Below are positions 20,912 to 31,436 of a stretch of 64,000 nucleotides of DNA, piece by piece (the first letter of the stretch is position 1; every line of letters starts with the position of its first letter). Made by a program: the position numbers and the translations under genes. The notes beneath the pieces are model-generated. The model made no database searches. It had not been told where the DNA came from and was given only the letters and a program-made list of their open reading frames with translations. The DNA comes from Candidatus Multivoradales bacterium (GTDB taxonomy: Bacteria > Acidobacteriota > Thermoanaerobaculia > Multivoradales > J023). The stretch lies in contig CBDFLE010000006.1 of the NCBI GenBank assembly GCA_965248925.1, positions 3,904,001 through 3,968,000 of the forward strand, given 5' to 3'.

Positions 20912-21822
20912 AAGAATGACTCCTTGACGATGATGATGTCGCCATCCATGAGTTCGAGGTTGGGCTCTTTGCCGTTGAGCATATGGCGATAGTTGACTTC
21001 CAACTCGGCCGTTTGATCAGCGCCCTGGCGCTGAATTCGCAGAGTCTTGGCGGCGGTTTCGGTAGGCCCGCCGGCCTTGGCCAAGGCGGCTAGCAGCGTG
21101 GCCGATTCGCCGTGCTCGAAGGTCAAGACCCCAGCCCGCTCAACTTCGCCAATCACATGCACGGTGATCCTCTTGGCAACCGGTACTTGGATCAGATCGC
21201 CAGCCATGATCGGCAGGTTGACGTTGGGGTCGCCACGCACCAAGAGATCCTCGGTGGAGATCCCGACCTGATCGCTGAGGCCATTGCGGCCACGACGGCG
21301 GACGTAGACTATGCCGGCGGTGTCTTCCGCCAGGCCACCGGCGGTGACCAGAACTTCGAGCAAGGTGACGCCGGTGGGTACGGTGATCAAACCAGCGTTG
21401 GCGACCGCGCCGAGTACCGAGACACGGAATTCGCGCACCCGCACGCTGACCGTGGCGTGGCGTACTCCCTTGGCTTGCAGCTCTGCTTTCATCTCAGCCG
21501 CCAACTGCTCGGCGGTCTGTCCTTGGGCGACGATCGAGCCGAGGATCGGCAAGTCGAGGGTGCCGTCTTCTGCCACCTCCACGGTCTGTGACAGCTCGTC
21601 GAGCTCGGCGACCCGGATCGACAGTACGTCGTGGGGACCGATGCGATAGGGGTCGGCCGCCGCTGTGCTTTGGGCAAGCGCTGTGCTCTGGGCAAGCGCT
21701 GTGCTCTGGGCAAGCGCTGTGCTCTGGGCAAGCGCTGTGCTCTGGGAAAACCCAGGCCCGGCGCTCAACAGAGCACTGGTCAAGAATGCAGAAATGAGAA
21801 TCCGAATCAGATTCATGGACAC
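20908..21822 (-). CDS. wza: Polysaccharide export protein with SLBB domains
   Basis: YRIGPHDVL, DGTLDLPILG, VIGEV, LMDGDIIIV motifs. Confidence 0.9.
   Translation of the reverse strand: MSMNLIRILISAFLTSALLSAGPGFSQSTALAQSTALAQSTALAQSTALAQSTAAADPYRIGPHDVLSIRVAELDELSQTVEVAEDGTLDLPILGSIVAQGQTAEQLAAEMKAELQAKGVRHATVSVRVREFRVSVLGAVANAGLITVPTGVTLLEVLVTAGGLAEDTAGIVYVRRRGRNGLSDQVGISTEDLLVRGDPNVNLPIMAGDLIQVPVAKRITVHVIGEVERAGVLTFEHGESATLLAALAKAGGPTETAAKTLRIQRQGADQTAELEVNYRHMLNGKEPNLELMDGDIIIVKESFF
21661..21746. repeat. 18-bp tandem repeat (~4.8 copies) encoding AQSTAL in wza
   Basis: GCGCTGTGCTCTGGGCAA repeated. Confidence 0.95.
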
Positions 21823-21903
21823 AGCTTACCCACCGTTTATAACGCAGCCAATTACGAACCAGCAGTGCGAGCCGTGAGGAGGGCCGAAATAGCCTCTGTC
21901 AGA

Positions 21904-23196
21904 CTACCATATCTCGCCTCGGCGGCCAAGTTGCAGGCGCTCGCGCAGCCGGCCATAGCTTACCGTCAGGCCAAAACTACTGGTTTCTCGGTTGGCGCCG
22001 AGGAGGCTGGAGTCGTATTCGGTACGGCTGCCGACCAATGAGATGCCGAGCTTGCGCCCCAGGGGAAGATAGAGGGAGCCGCCGAAAGCGGTGACATCGT
22101 CGATTCGTGGCGGATTCTGCGAGTCAAGCTGGGCGAATTTGTCCTCGCCGCTCTCCAAGCTGAGGCTGAGATTGGCCCGGCGAAGTCCCAGCTCGACCCG
22201 TGCACCTTGCCGATCGGCCAAGTAGTGAGAGTTGATGTCGGCCACCGAGTAGACCAACGAGCGGCGACTGTAGACCAGGAATTGCAGGCGCTCGGAGCGT
22301 GACCACAGCAAATCGAGAAAGCCGGTGGTTTCGTCGAAGGGCACGAATTCGGAACCTGGTTCGGGCTCGATGGAATTGAAGGCGAGGTGAAAACGGCTTT
22401 CGAGCCTACCGCCGTTGAAGCTGCCTTCGACGAAGGGCTGAGTTCCGGAGTTGGATAGATTGCGAGCCTCGCCGGCAAACTCGTTGTCGACCCGCTCGAC
22501 GCCGACGGCAACCGCCCAGCCGCTGGCGCTGCGCAGCCGGAAGCCGGCGTTGATGGTGTCTTGCTGGCGGTTGAGCAAGTCGAAGATTTCGTTCTCGTCT
22601 TCCTGGTTCTCAAATTCGCTGTGGGTGAGGTTGGCGAATAGCCACAGACGTTGGGTGACCCGCACTTCGACCGCGGCGCGGGCGATGTCGTTGCTCGACG
22701 AGGTCAGCTCTTGCAACTCGGAAGTGAAGTAGGACTGTTCTTCGATCCGTCGGGCTGAAAGTTCGAGGTGGAAGCGGTTGAAGAAAGCGAAAAACCCGAG
22801 CCCATAACGGCCGTTGAGCCGGCGCTTGTTCTCGGTCTGCGACCACCAGCTGTACTCCGGCAGGAGGTGTGCCGCCCAGGTGACTTTGGGACCGTTGCGG
22901 ATGTAACCGCGCAGACCGGCGCCAATTGAGAGGGTGAAGTCGCGTTCGTCGCTGCCGTTGTCGTCGGTGGTGGTCACCCACGACGCATCGCGAATCCCAA
23001 ACCAAGGTGACAAGCGCAATATGCCGAGTCGCCAGGGCGCCGTAGTGGCACCGGATTCGAGCGCCGCTTCGTTAGGGGTCGCTTCGCCGGGGGCGATCTC
23101 ACCGGGCGCGTTATACTGCGCTGCAAGTGGCGTCGACCTGAGGAAGAAAACCGCCACCAAGATCCCAACTACCACCAACCAGTTTGCCGAGCGCAT
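21904..23196 (-). CDS. Outer-membrane beta-barrel protein of the EPS export locus
   Basis: Signal peptide, alternating aromatic beta-strand pattern, directly upstream of wza. Confidence 0.75.
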   Translation of the reverse strand: MRSANWLVVVGILVAVFFLRSTPLAAQYNAPGEIAPGEATPNEAALESGATTAPWRLGILRLSPWFGIRDASWVTTTDDNGSDERDFTLSIGAGLRGYIRNGPKVTWAAHLLPEYSWWSQTENKRRLNGRYGLGFFAFFNRFHLELSARRIEEQSYFTSELQELTSSSNDIARAAVEVRVTQRLWLFANLTHSEFENQEDENEIFDLLNRQQDTINAGFRLRSASGWAVAVGVERVDNEFAGEARNLSNSGTQPFVEGSFNGGRLESRFHLAFNSIEPEPGSEFVPFDETTGFLDLLWSRSERLQFLVYSRRSLVYSVADINSHYLADRQGARVELGLRRANLSLSLESGEDKFAQLDSQNPPRIDDVTAFGGSLYLPLGRKLGISLVGSRTEYDSSLLGANRETSSFGLTVSYGRLRERLQLGRRGEIW

Positions 23197-23225
23197 CCTC
23201 GTTTTCTCCTAGAACTCGTCTCAAG

Positions 23226-24611
23226 ATGTCTGAACGAAGCGGAATCATATGGCATCGAGACCTGCTGACGGCGCTGAGTACGGCTTTGTTGTTGCTCGCC
23301 GTGGTGTTGCTGCCGCTGCCTTTCGGCGGCGTGATGCCGAGCCACCGAGCGCTGGCGGCGGCGATCGTCTTGTTGGTGCTCGCCCTGGCGCAATTCGATC
23401 GCCATGCCGCGGAGTCGGTGCGGCGGGTGGCGGTGCCGGCGCTGGCGCTGGCGGCGGTGGGGGTCTTCGGCGCCTTGCAGGCAATGCCCTGGCCCCGCTC
23501 TCTCACCGCTTTGCTGGCGCCGCGCACCCTGGCGGCGCGGCAGGCGGCGGAGGGCTTGTTGGGCATCGAACCGAGTTCTTGGGTGGCGCCCTCTTTGGCG
23601 CCGCGGGTGTCATTGATCACCGCCGTTGAGTGGCTGGCGCTGGCGGCTTGCTTGGCGGCGGCGGCAATTCTCGGTCGTGATCGGCGCAACCGGCGGTTGT
23701 TCGGCGCCGGTCTGCTGTTGGTGATGGTTGGTGAGGTGATCTTCGGTGCCCAGGCGATGGTTGAGAACCGCACCACCATCTGGGGGGTGACGGTCGATAG
23801 TCCGGGGCACCGCTTGCGAGGCAGCTTCGTCAACCCCGACCACACGGCACTCTACATCTCCTTCGGGGTGGCGGTGGCTTTTGGCTTCCTGTGGTGGGCG
23901 ACTCGGCGGGCCCGAAACGAGCCGTCTTTCGAGCGCCGGTTGCTCTTGGTGGCCGGGCCGGCGCTGCTGCTGCTGACACTATTCGTCGGTGTTGCTTTCA
24001 CCGGCTCGCGGGCTGGCCTGCTGGTGGTGGTGGCGACTCTTCTTGCTCAGACGATCTTGCTGGCGCTGCACTATCGCAGTTGGCGGCGGGGCTGGCTTGG
24101 TTTGGTGGTGCTAGGGGCTGGCCTGCTCGGAGTGGCGGGCTTCGGTTTGCGCCAAGGGTTGGGGCGGTGGCTCGACACTTCGATTTTCGAGCTCACCCTG
24201 AACTCTCGCTGGCAGGCGTGGTCGGCCACCCTCGACCTGTGGACCGAATTCCCCTGGGTCGGTAGCGGTTTGGGGACCTTCCGCCAAGCTTTCCCCCTGG
24301 TCCAGCCGGCTGATCTCGTGGGAGATTGGCACCATGCCCACAACGACGTTGTCGAGTTGCTGGCCACTACTAGCTTGGTGGGGTTGCCGCTGGTGCTGTG
24401 GGGCGTAGTCGGGCTGGGCCGTCAGCTGTGGCGGGTCTTGCAGCTTGGTCGCCGGTCGGAGGACCGAGCTTTCGCGCTGATTGTCGCCGGTGCGGTGGTA
24501 GGTACCGGGGTGCATCTGTTGTTCGACTTCGGCTTGTCGATCCCCGCGAACTCATTCTCCCTGGCGTTGCTCTGTGGCCTCGCCTGCGGCACTCCTTCGT
24601 TGCAGGAGTGA
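23226..24611 (+). CDS. O-antigen ligase / Wzy-like polymerase family protein
   Basis: RLRGSFVNPDH, TGSRAG, GSGLGTF, HAHND motifs. Confidence 0.9.
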   Translation: MSERSGIIWHRDLLTALSTALLLLAVVLLPLPFGGVMPSHRALAAAIVLLVLALAQFDRHAAESVRRVAVPALALAAVGVFGALQAMPWPRSLTALLAPRTLAARQAAEGLLGIEPSSWVAPSLAPRVSLITAVEWLALAACLAAAAILGRDRRNRRLFGAGLLLVMVGEVIFGAQAMVENRTTIWGVTVDSPGHRLRGSFVNPDHTALYISFGVAVAFGFLWWATRRARNEPSFERRLLLVAGPALLLLTLFVGVAFTGSRAGLLVVVATLLAQTILLALHYRSWRRGWLGLVVLGAGLLGVAGFGLRQGLGRWLDTSIFELTLNSRWQAWSATLDLWTEFPWVGSGLGTFRQAFPLVQPADLVGDWHHAHNDVVELLATTSLVGLPLVLWGVVGLGRQLWRVLQLGRRSEDRAFALIVAGAVVGTGVHLLFDFGLSIPANSFSLALLCGLACGTPSLQE

Positions 24612-24695
24612 GGGCCGGGTGCCGACCGAGATTGCGCCGCCAAGAGCCTGCGGCGAGAGTCTGAAGCAGCGCGACTCGACTCTTGGCACTGGCTC

Positions 24696-26378
24696 CTAGC
24701 GTTGCTTCGCCAAACGCAGACGAACCCTGCCGGGAGTCAGCTCGGCACCTGTGGCGCTGCTCAGTTGCAGCAGGTGGGAGGTGGGACTGACTTCAAGGTC
24801 CAGACGTAGGCGGCGGCCGGGCCACACCGGCTCTAAAGCCACCGTAACGCCGTTGAGGGCTACCCGTGCCACGTTACCCCCTTGGGGAATCTGGTCGAGT
24901 TCGATCTCCAGACCGCTGGCGGCGTAGGCGGGGAAGAACAACAAACTGGAGACTCCACCGGTGGCAGTCCAATCGCTGGCCAGCCAGCCATCGCGACCGA
25001 GACGCTGCAACTTGCCGCTGGCTTCAGCTACCTGCTGCGGGTTGCGCTGTGCTTCCGCCAGTTTGGCGGTGGCCAGCCAATAGCCGGCCGTCTGTCGGCT
25101 GGCCGGATCAACCAGGCGCTTTGCTCGCGCGGCGTCCTCGAGCAGGCCGCGGTCAGTCAGCAGGTGGATCTTGGCTAGCAGGTAGGGAGCCCAGGCTCTG
25201 ATTGACAGAGTGTCGGCGCGGCGTTCGAAACGTTCGGCGGTATGCAAATCGCCAGCGTAGAGCGCGGCTCTGGCGGCTTGCGCGGGTGGTAACTTGCCAG
25301 TGGCCGCCCACAACCGGCCGAAGGCGTCACTGGTCAGCGGCTGTTGGCCCAAGTCAGCAAGCTCAAGGGTCCAAGCGAGCCAGCGATGCAATTGTTGGGG
25401 CAGGGTTTGATCGTGGATACCGGCGGGAGCGTTGTGTAGTGCCTCGCTAAACAACGGTGCAAAACGCTGCTCCAGGGGTGCGGTGGAGAGGACCTTCATG
25501 AACAGCTGCCGGCTGTTGTAGACATCGCCCTTGCGCAGGCGTTGCAGAGCTTCGTCGAGGTCTCGCCGGAGCTGTTGCTCGAGACTGTCGAGGCGGCGCC
25601 GCTCGGCGATTTTGAAGGTGCGCCAATTGCCCTGCTGGGCGTAGATGGCGGTCACCTGCGCCCAGGCCGCGGGGTTCTCGGGCAAGGGGGCGAAGGCTTC
25701 TTCGACATTATCGGCGAGCTGCAACCAGGTGGGCACCAGCCGCGCGAAAGCCTCCGGATCACGCTCGAACACCTGCACCAGCAGCTGATAGGCGCGCTCG
25801 CGCTTGGCGGCGGAGAGAGCGTGCCAGAGTTCGAGATAGGTGGTCACCAGAAAGCGAGCCGGTTCGGGTTGGCCACTGGCATCGGCCAGCGCCTTCTCGA
25901 GCGGCGCTTCCCAGCTGCTCGCTTCGGTGAACAGCCGCGGATCCTGGCGCAACAGCAGATCCAGGTAAGTCGCGGCACCGAGAAAGAGGGTGGCTTCCCA
26001 ACTGCTCGGCTGTTCGGCCAGCACTTGCCGGGCGAGTCGTTTGGCCTGCTGTAGGCGAGCGCTTCGCTCCTCGATCTGTGCCGCGTGCTCACTCGTAGGC
26101 AGCTTGTCGAGGGCGGGCGCTGCCATCACATCGTTGATCAAGATGCGGCAGGCCAGGATGCGGGCGTGCAGCGGTGTGCGCTCGCGCCTCAATCGCTGTC
26201 GTGCCGGGTCGGTGGGCTTGCCGGTGGCGGGTCCGACCAGCTCGGTCAACTGCTGGCGGTTCTGCATCCAGCCCAGCCAGCCGAGACCGGAGGCCAGGGC
26301 GAGCAGCAGGGCCAAGGCGCCGAGCAGCAGGCGGGGGGCGATTGGGGTGGTGGCGGATGGCGGTGAATTGTTGGGCAT
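24696..26378 (-). CDS. Membrane-anchored helical/TPR-like hypothetical protein
   Basis: One N-terminal TM helix, long alpha-helical ORF, short beta-rich C-terminus. Confidence 0.6.
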   Translation of the reverse strand: MPNNSPPSATTPIAPRLLLGALALLLALASGLGWLGWMQNRQQLTELVGPATGKPTDPARQRLRRERTPLHARILACRILINDVMAAPALDKLPTSEHAAQIEERSARLQQAKRLARQVLAEQPSSWEATLFLGAATYLDLLLRQDPRLFTEASSWEAPLEKALADASGQPEPARFLVTTYLELWHALSAAKRERAYQLLVQVFERDPEAFARLVPTWLQLADNVEEAFAPLPENPAAWAQVTAIYAQQGNWRTFKIAERRRLDSLEQQLRRDLDEALQRLRKGDVYNSRQLFMKVLSTAPLEQRFAPLFSEALHNAPAGIHDQTLPQQLHRWLAWTLELADLGQQPLTSDAFGRLWAATGKLPPAQAARAALYAGDLHTAERFERRADTLSIRAWAPYLLAKIHLLTDRGLLEDAARAKRLVDPASRQTAGYWLATAKLAEAQRNPQQVAEASGKLQRLGRDGWLASDWTATGGVSSLLFFPAYAASGLEIELDQIPQGGNVARVALNGVTVALEPVWPGRRLRLDLEVSPTSHLLQLSSATGAELTPGRVRLRLAKQR

Positions 26379-26421
26379 AGTCCAAATTTGGGCAGCGATT
26401 CTCAGCATACTATTGCAGGCG

Positions 26422-26832
26422 ATGAGAGATCGGTCCCCAAACCTTGCCCCCAGTCGGCGGGCCCATGTCGCGGCGGTCGGCTGGACGTCGCTGGTGTTGG
26501 TGCTCTTGTTGATGCCGGGTAGTCAGTTGCAGAATCCAAGTGCCGGCTTACCCTTCGGCCTGCCGCCGTGGTCTGACAAGGTGGTCCACGCCTTGCTGTT
26601 CTTCTTCGAGGCCATGGCTCTCGACCGCTCCTGGCGCCGTCTGAGGCGATTTTCCCAGCCTTTGCGCTCGGCTTGTATGGCGGCAGTGGGGCTCGGGGTC
26701 GGCACCGAGTTGCTGCAGCTGTTGATTCCAGCCCGCGGGCTAGAGGGCGGCGATCTGTTGGTGAATGTCGGCGCGGTTCTGTTCTATGGTCTGTTGGTTT
26801 CGCGGTATGCAATGGGTGGCAAAACCGGCTAG
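26422..26832 (+). CDS. VanZ family membrane protein
   Basis: DKVVH, TELLQLLIPAR and DLLVN signature motifs. Confidence 0.85.
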   Translation: MRDRSPNLAPSRRAHVAAVGWTSLVLVLLLMPGSQLQNPSAGLPFGLPPWSDKVVHALLFFFEAMALDRSWRRLRRFSQPLRSACMAAVGLGVGTELLQLLIPARGLEGGDLLVNVGAVLFYGLLVSRYAMGGKTG

Positions 26833-26930
26833 GGTGTGCACCGTCGAGCACCGGACGACTCTGGTGCCAACCACTCGCATCACCCGCAACAGCCCTGGGG
26901 TTGGCAGCGCCGCTCTGGGGTGGGGAGCCC

Positions 26931-27878
26931 ATGAGAGTTACCGAGCATCTGGACCGTGCCACTCGCCCGTTGATCAGTTTCGAGCTCATCCCGCCGTTGC
27001 GTGGTGGCGACATCCGCGGTCTGCTCCAGCTGATCGAGGACTTGGTCGAGCACCGGCCACCTTTTATCGACATCACCAGTCACGCCGCCGAGGTGATCTA
27101 TGAAGAGACCTCGGATGGGATCCGCAAGAAGACCAAGCGCAAGCGCCCCGGAACCCTCGGAGTCTGCGCCCTGATTCAGAACAAGTACAACGTCGATGCT
27201 GTGCCGCACGTGCTCTGCCAGGGCTTCTCGCGCGAGGAGACGGAGGATTTTCTGATCGAGCTGCGGTACCTGGGCATCGACAATGTACTCGCCGTGCGCG
27301 GCGACGATAGTGGCTACAAGAAACCGCTGCGCGATGGCCGTACGCCGAACTCCTATGCTGCCGATCTGATCAGCCAGATTCGAGACATGAACCAGGGTCA
27401 CTACCTGGAGGATTTGCTCGATGCCGATCCCTCCGATTTTTGTATCGGTGCCGCCGGCTATCCGGAAAAGCACTTCGAGGCTCCCAACCTCAGAGCCGAT
27501 GTGCGGCGGATCAAGCAGAAAGTCGAGGCCGGTGCGGACTATGTTGTCACCCAGATGTTCTTCGACAACCAGCACTATTTCCACTTTCTCGACCTATGCC
27601 GCGAAGAGGGGGTCGAAGTGCCGGTGATTCCCGGCCTCAAGATCATTACCCGAGCCAACCAACTGAAGTCGATTCCGCGCAATTTCTACTGCGAGATTCC
27701 CGCCGATCTGGCGGACGAAGTTGCCGCCGCCAAACCGGAGCAAGTGGCTGAAGTGGGGGTCGAATGGGCGACCCGTCAGACACTTGAGTTGCTCGAACGG
27801 GGGGTTCCTTCGGTGCATTTCTACATCATGCAAAGCTCGCGGGCGATCAACTCTCTGCTGACCAAGATCGACCTTTAG
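26931..27878 (+). CDS. metF: 5,10-methylenetetrahydrofolate reductase
   Basis: SFELIPP, LAVRGD, AGYPEKH, GADYVVTQMFFDN, HFY motifs. Confidence 0.95.
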   Translation: MRVTEHLDRATRPLISFELIPPLRGGDIRGLLQLIEDLVEHRPPFIDITSHAAEVIYEETSDGIRKKTKRKRPGTLGVCALIQNKYNVDAVPHVLCQGFSREETEDFLIELRYLGIDNVLAVRGDDSGYKKPLRDGRTPNSYAADLISQIRDMNQGHYLEDLLDADPSDFCIGAAGYPEKHFEAPNLRADVRRIKQKVEAGADYVVTQMFFDNQHYFHFLDLCREEGVEVPVIPGLKIITRANQLKSIPRNFYCEIPADLADEVAAAKPEQVAEVGVEWATRQTLELLERGVPSVHFYIMQSSRAINSLLTKIDL

Positions 27879-27887
27879 GAGCTGCTG

Positions 27888-29333
27888 ATGGGTGGTGCTC
27901 CCAAGTGGGTCTTGTTCCTTGTGGTCAGCATCACCCTCTTGTCCGCGACCCGGTCGCCAGCCTGGGGCGCGGCGAGTGCCCAGCGCGGCTGGCTGGCGGT
28001 GCAGGGTGAGAGGCAGCTCGACAGCCATCGGGCGGACGAACTCTTCGTGCCCGGATCGGTGCTCAAGCTGGTGGTGGTGGCGACGGCTTTGCACCATTTG
28101 GGGCCGGGCTACCGGGTGGTCACCGAGCTGCGCCCGACGGGCAAGTGGGCTGATGGCCCATCAGCCGACGGCACGCTAGCCGTCGGCACGCTGGCAGGTG
28201 ACTTGGTGTGGGTCGCCGCTGGCGACCCGACTTGGAACCACTTGCTCTTCGCCGACGATCCCTACCTACCTTTGCGCCAGATGGTAGGTAGCTTGAAAGA
28301 CCGGGGCCTGCGCCGGATAGAAGGCGATCTGGTGATCGACCTCAGTCACTTTCCCGGGCGCAGTCTCCCCCTCGGGCGGCCGCTGGGTGATCTGATGGCG
28401 GCCTTCGGCGCGCCTGCCGCGGCGGTGGCGGTGGACCAGGCGGCCGCCGTGGTGCGGATCGCCCCCGGCTCCCGACCGGGAGCCGCCGGGTCGGCCCGCA
28501 GTCTCACTCCGGGTCTCGAGGTCGAAGCCCAGTTGATCACCGTCGGCGCTGAGCGCCACGGCAAGGGTACGGTGGATTTCTTGCCCGATTGGCAGCAGCC
28601 TCGGCTTTTGGTGCGCGGTGAGTATCCGCTGAGCGAGCCGTCCTATCGGGTCGAGGTGCCGATGCCGGCGGCGGAGTTGCATGCCGGCCACGTCCTGCGG
28701 CGAATCTTGGCTGAAGAGGGAATCGAGCTGCGGGGGCAGGTGCGGCTGAGCTCGACCGCGCCAACCACTGGCGAGCCGTGGGCGAGTTGGTCTTCGCCGC
28801 CGTTGTCGGCCTGGCTCGAGCCGATTCTCAGCGACAGCCGCAATTGGTGGGCCGAGATGTTGCTGCGGGTGGTGGCGCGAGCGGTGGTCGGGGAAGGGCG
28901 TTACGACGAAGGCCTGGCCATCGAAGGTCGCTTTCTGACCGCGGTAGTTGGTGTCGAGGTGGCTTCGTTTCGCCTCGACGATGCTTCCGGACAGTCGGTC
29001 TACAACCTGCTGACGCCGCGAACCGTGGTCGAGCTGCTGCGTTTCGTCGCCGGCCAGCCTTGGGGTCGGAAGTTCATCGATGCCTTGGCTCGGCCCGGCC
29101 GTGGAACCTTGAAGCATGCTACCGATCTGCCACCGCTCGCCGCCAAGACCGGCACTCTGACGGTAGCTCGCGGATTCGCGGGTTATATCGATCCGCGAGC
29201 TGAACTGCCGGTGATCTTCGCTGTTTTCACCCAGCATTCGCCGGCCAGCGCCGCAGCGCAGCGCAGCGGGCTATTCGCTGCCGTGCGTGGTTTCAGAAGC
29301 CGCGTGGAGGCTGGCGCGGTGCCGCCGAACTGA
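27888..29333 (+). CDS. dacB: D-Ala-D-Ala carboxypeptidase/endopeptidase (PBP4, S13)
   Basis: PGSVLK (SxxK), GDPT, SRN (SxN), AKTGTL motifs. Confidence 0.9.
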   Translation: MGGAPKWVLFLVVSITLLSATRSPAWGAASAQRGWLAVQGERQLDSHRADELFVPGSVLKLVVVATALHHLGPGYRVVTELRPTGKWADGPSADGTLAVGTLAGDLVWVAAGDPTWNHLLFADDPYLPLRQMVGSLKDRGLRRIEGDLVIDLSHFPGRSLPLGRPLGDLMAAFGAPAAAVAVDQAAAVVRIAPGSRPGAAGSARSLTPGLEVEAQLITVGAERHGKGTVDFLPDWQQPRLLVRGEYPLSEPSYRVEVPMPAAELHAGHVLRRILAEEGIELRGQVRLSSTAPTTGEPWASWSSPPLSAWLEPILSDSRNWWAEMLLRVVARAVVGEGRYDEGLAIEGRFLTAVVGVEVASFRLDDASGQSVYNLLTPRTVVELLRFVAGQPWGRKFIDALARPGRGTLKHATDLPPLAAKTGTLTVARGFAGYIDPRAELPVIFAVFTQHSPASAAAQRSGLFAAVRGFRSRVEAGAVPPN

Positions 29334-31356
29334 GCTCGTCAGGCTCTCCCCAGGCTAGATGTTCCGCGAGTTCGGCGAGTAGTTCTTGGGTGGCGAGCGG
29401 TGAGGCGTGATGTGCCTCATCGAGGAATTGGCGTTGCCGCCGTGGATGGCCGTTGTGGCCGGCCAAGACGGCGGCGGCGACCCGGGTCCGGACGCTGTCG
29501 AGGCCGCTGGCACGGGCCGCCCGCAGGTGCTCGGAGGCCCGCTGCCACCAACCGGCACGGAGTTCTAGCAGGGTGGCGTTGATCAGCGCCGGTGGGTAGT
29601 TTGGCAGTCGCCGCAGGGCTTCGAGATAGCTCTCATAGCCGGCGCGAGGTTGTCCCAGGCGCTCCAGAGCAATGCCTCGTAGATTGTGGATTCGTGGCTC
29701 CCGGGCCAGGTTGAGGGCCGCTCGGTCGAGTGCCGCGAGTGCCTCGGCGGGCTGCTCTGCGGCCAATTGGGAGGTTGCCAGCTGGAGCAAGACGGCCGCT
29801 TTGTCGGGCTCTAGATCGAGGCTCCGCTGGGCGTCGGCTATGGCCTCGGTGATGGCGCCATGTTGGTAGTGAGCGATCGACCGAAAGAAAAAATCTCGAG
29901 CCTGGCTCGGTGGTTTGGCCGGCGGCAGGTTGGCCAGCGACAGGGCGGCGATGCCAGTGGCGAGGCTCACCATCACCGCCAACCGCCTCCATTGCCGCCC
30001 ACTGACGCTCCGCCACAGGGCCACCACGCCGCCACCCGCAAGCACCGCCAGCGGCGGCCACAGGGGCAGGCGGTAGCGGGCGTTGACGAAGAACAGACTC
30101 ACCCCCAAGCTGTAGCAGGCTACCTGTGACAAGAGCCACAGCAGGCGGCTGCGCTGCCCTCGCTGCTCCTGCTGCCAAACCAGGACGGCTCCCAGGGGTG
30201 CGAGTGCCAGCAACAGCCACCAACGCACTGGTAGGCGGCGCAACAGTGGTGATTCGCGGCCAGCGACGAAGGCATAGCTCTTGTTGTTGGAAATCTCGCG
30301 ATTCCAGGTCCAATAGGCCGCCTTGCGGGCCAATAAGCCGAACCAGCGTCGCGGGTCCGCAGCGATCTCCTCTTGACCGCGGTGCCGCCAGTAGCGCGAC
30401 ACCAGCCGCGGATCGGCTACCGCTGTTGGCGCTAGCTGCCGCGCCTGGCGGTAGCCTTGCTCGGCAAAAGCCTCGACCGAATCTCGATAGTCCGCGGCGT
30501 AGGTCACCGCTTGGTCTTGGCGTGGCGTGCGGCCGTCCGCCGTAGCCTTGTTGCCGAGGTAGAAGTTGATCCCAGAAGCGGTGGGCAGCAGCTGCCAGTG
30601 GCCGACCCAGGGACGCTGTAGGGCGCCGCTCAATGCCAGCATTAGGAAGGCGGCGCCAAGCCCCGCCGCGCTTGCCGCCAAGCGGCGGCCGCGCCGCGCC
30701 GGATCCCCCGGCCAAGCCAAGATCGGGTAAGCGGCCAACACCGGCAACAGAGTGGGGCGCAGCACTGCTGCCAGCCCACCGCAGGCGCCGGCCAGCAGCC
30801 AGCGTCGCCAACCGGCCGCAGTTGCGGTGGTCCAAAGGTCGATGCGGCTCGCCGCCAGCAGGTGGGCGGTCAGCAGTAGGGTGAAGAGGGAGGTGGTCAG
30901 CAATTCGCCTTCGAAGTACAGCGGGGGCCCGGCCAGGGCGTAGAGCAATCCAGCGGCCAGGCCGGCGCTTGGGCGCCCCGTCAGCCGCCCAGCGAGGACC
31001 GCCACCAGCGCGCTGGTGACGATGCCCGAGAGATGCTGCACGGCGGTCGCCAAGACTATGCCCCAGTCGGCACTGCCGCGATAAAGCAGAGCCAGCAACG
31101 CTGGGTAGGCCAGGGAGCGGAAACTGGCCGAAAAGGGCTCCAGCTCCTGTCCTCTGGCGAGGGCTCGGGCAACAGAGTCGTAGTAGCGACTGTCGAGCAC
31201 CGGCACGGTGGCAAAGGGTGAGGCCAGGTGCTCAACAAAATAAAGCAAGCGCACCAAGGTGGCGGTGGCGACGCTCCACACAACGACCCGCAACGGGGTG
31301 AGCAGGAACCGCTTGGGAAGTTCTGGGTGGAGCTGTGCTGGGCGATCTGCGCTCAT
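29293..31356 (-). CDS. GT-C-like membrane protein with C-terminal TPR repeats
   Basis: DSRYY, GINFYLGN, LFFVNARYRLP motifs followed by TPRs. Confidence 0.8.
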   Translation of the reverse strand: MSADRPAQLHPELPKRFLLTPLRVVVWSVATATLVRLLYFVEHLASPFATVPVLDSRYYDSVARALARGQELEPFSASFRSLAYPALLALLYRGSADWGIVLATAVQHLSGIVTSALVAVLAGRLTGRPSAGLAAGLLYALAGPPLYFEGELLTTSLFTLLLTAHLLAASRIDLWTTATAAGWRRWLLAGACGGLAAVLRPTLLPVLAAYPILAWPGDPARRGRRLAASAAGLGAAFLMLALSGALQRPWVGHWQLLPTASGINFYLGNKATADGRTPRQDQAVTYAADYRDSVEAFAEQGYRQARQLAPTAVADPRLVSRYWRHRGQEEIAADPRRWFGLLARKAAYWTWNREISNNKSYAFVAGRESPLLRRLPVRWWLLLALAPLGAVLVWQQEQRGQRSRLLWLLSQVACYSLGVSLFFVNARYRLPLWPPLAVLAGGGVVALWRSVSGRQWRRLAVMVSLATGIAALSLANLPPAKPPSQARDFFFRSIAHYQHGAITEAIADAQRSLDLEPDKAAVLLQLATSQLAAEQPAEALAALDRAALNLAREPRIHNLRGIALERLGQPRAGYESYLEALRRLPNYPPALINATLLELRAGWWQRASEHLRAARASGLDSVRTRVAAAVLAGHNGHPRRQRQFLDEAHHASPLATQELLAELAEHLAWGEPDELSSAAPRQPPRGF

Positions 31357-31436
31357 CAGGAGTGGCGATGGATTGGGTGGTCAGGGCCGCGAAGCAGATT
31401 ATCAGAACCTGGCCCAAGCCTTGCTACACTCTGCCC

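Noticed and set aside
21661-21746. Possible CRISPR array
   Set aside because: Contiguous 18-bp tandem repeat without spacers, in frame within wza; no cas genes.
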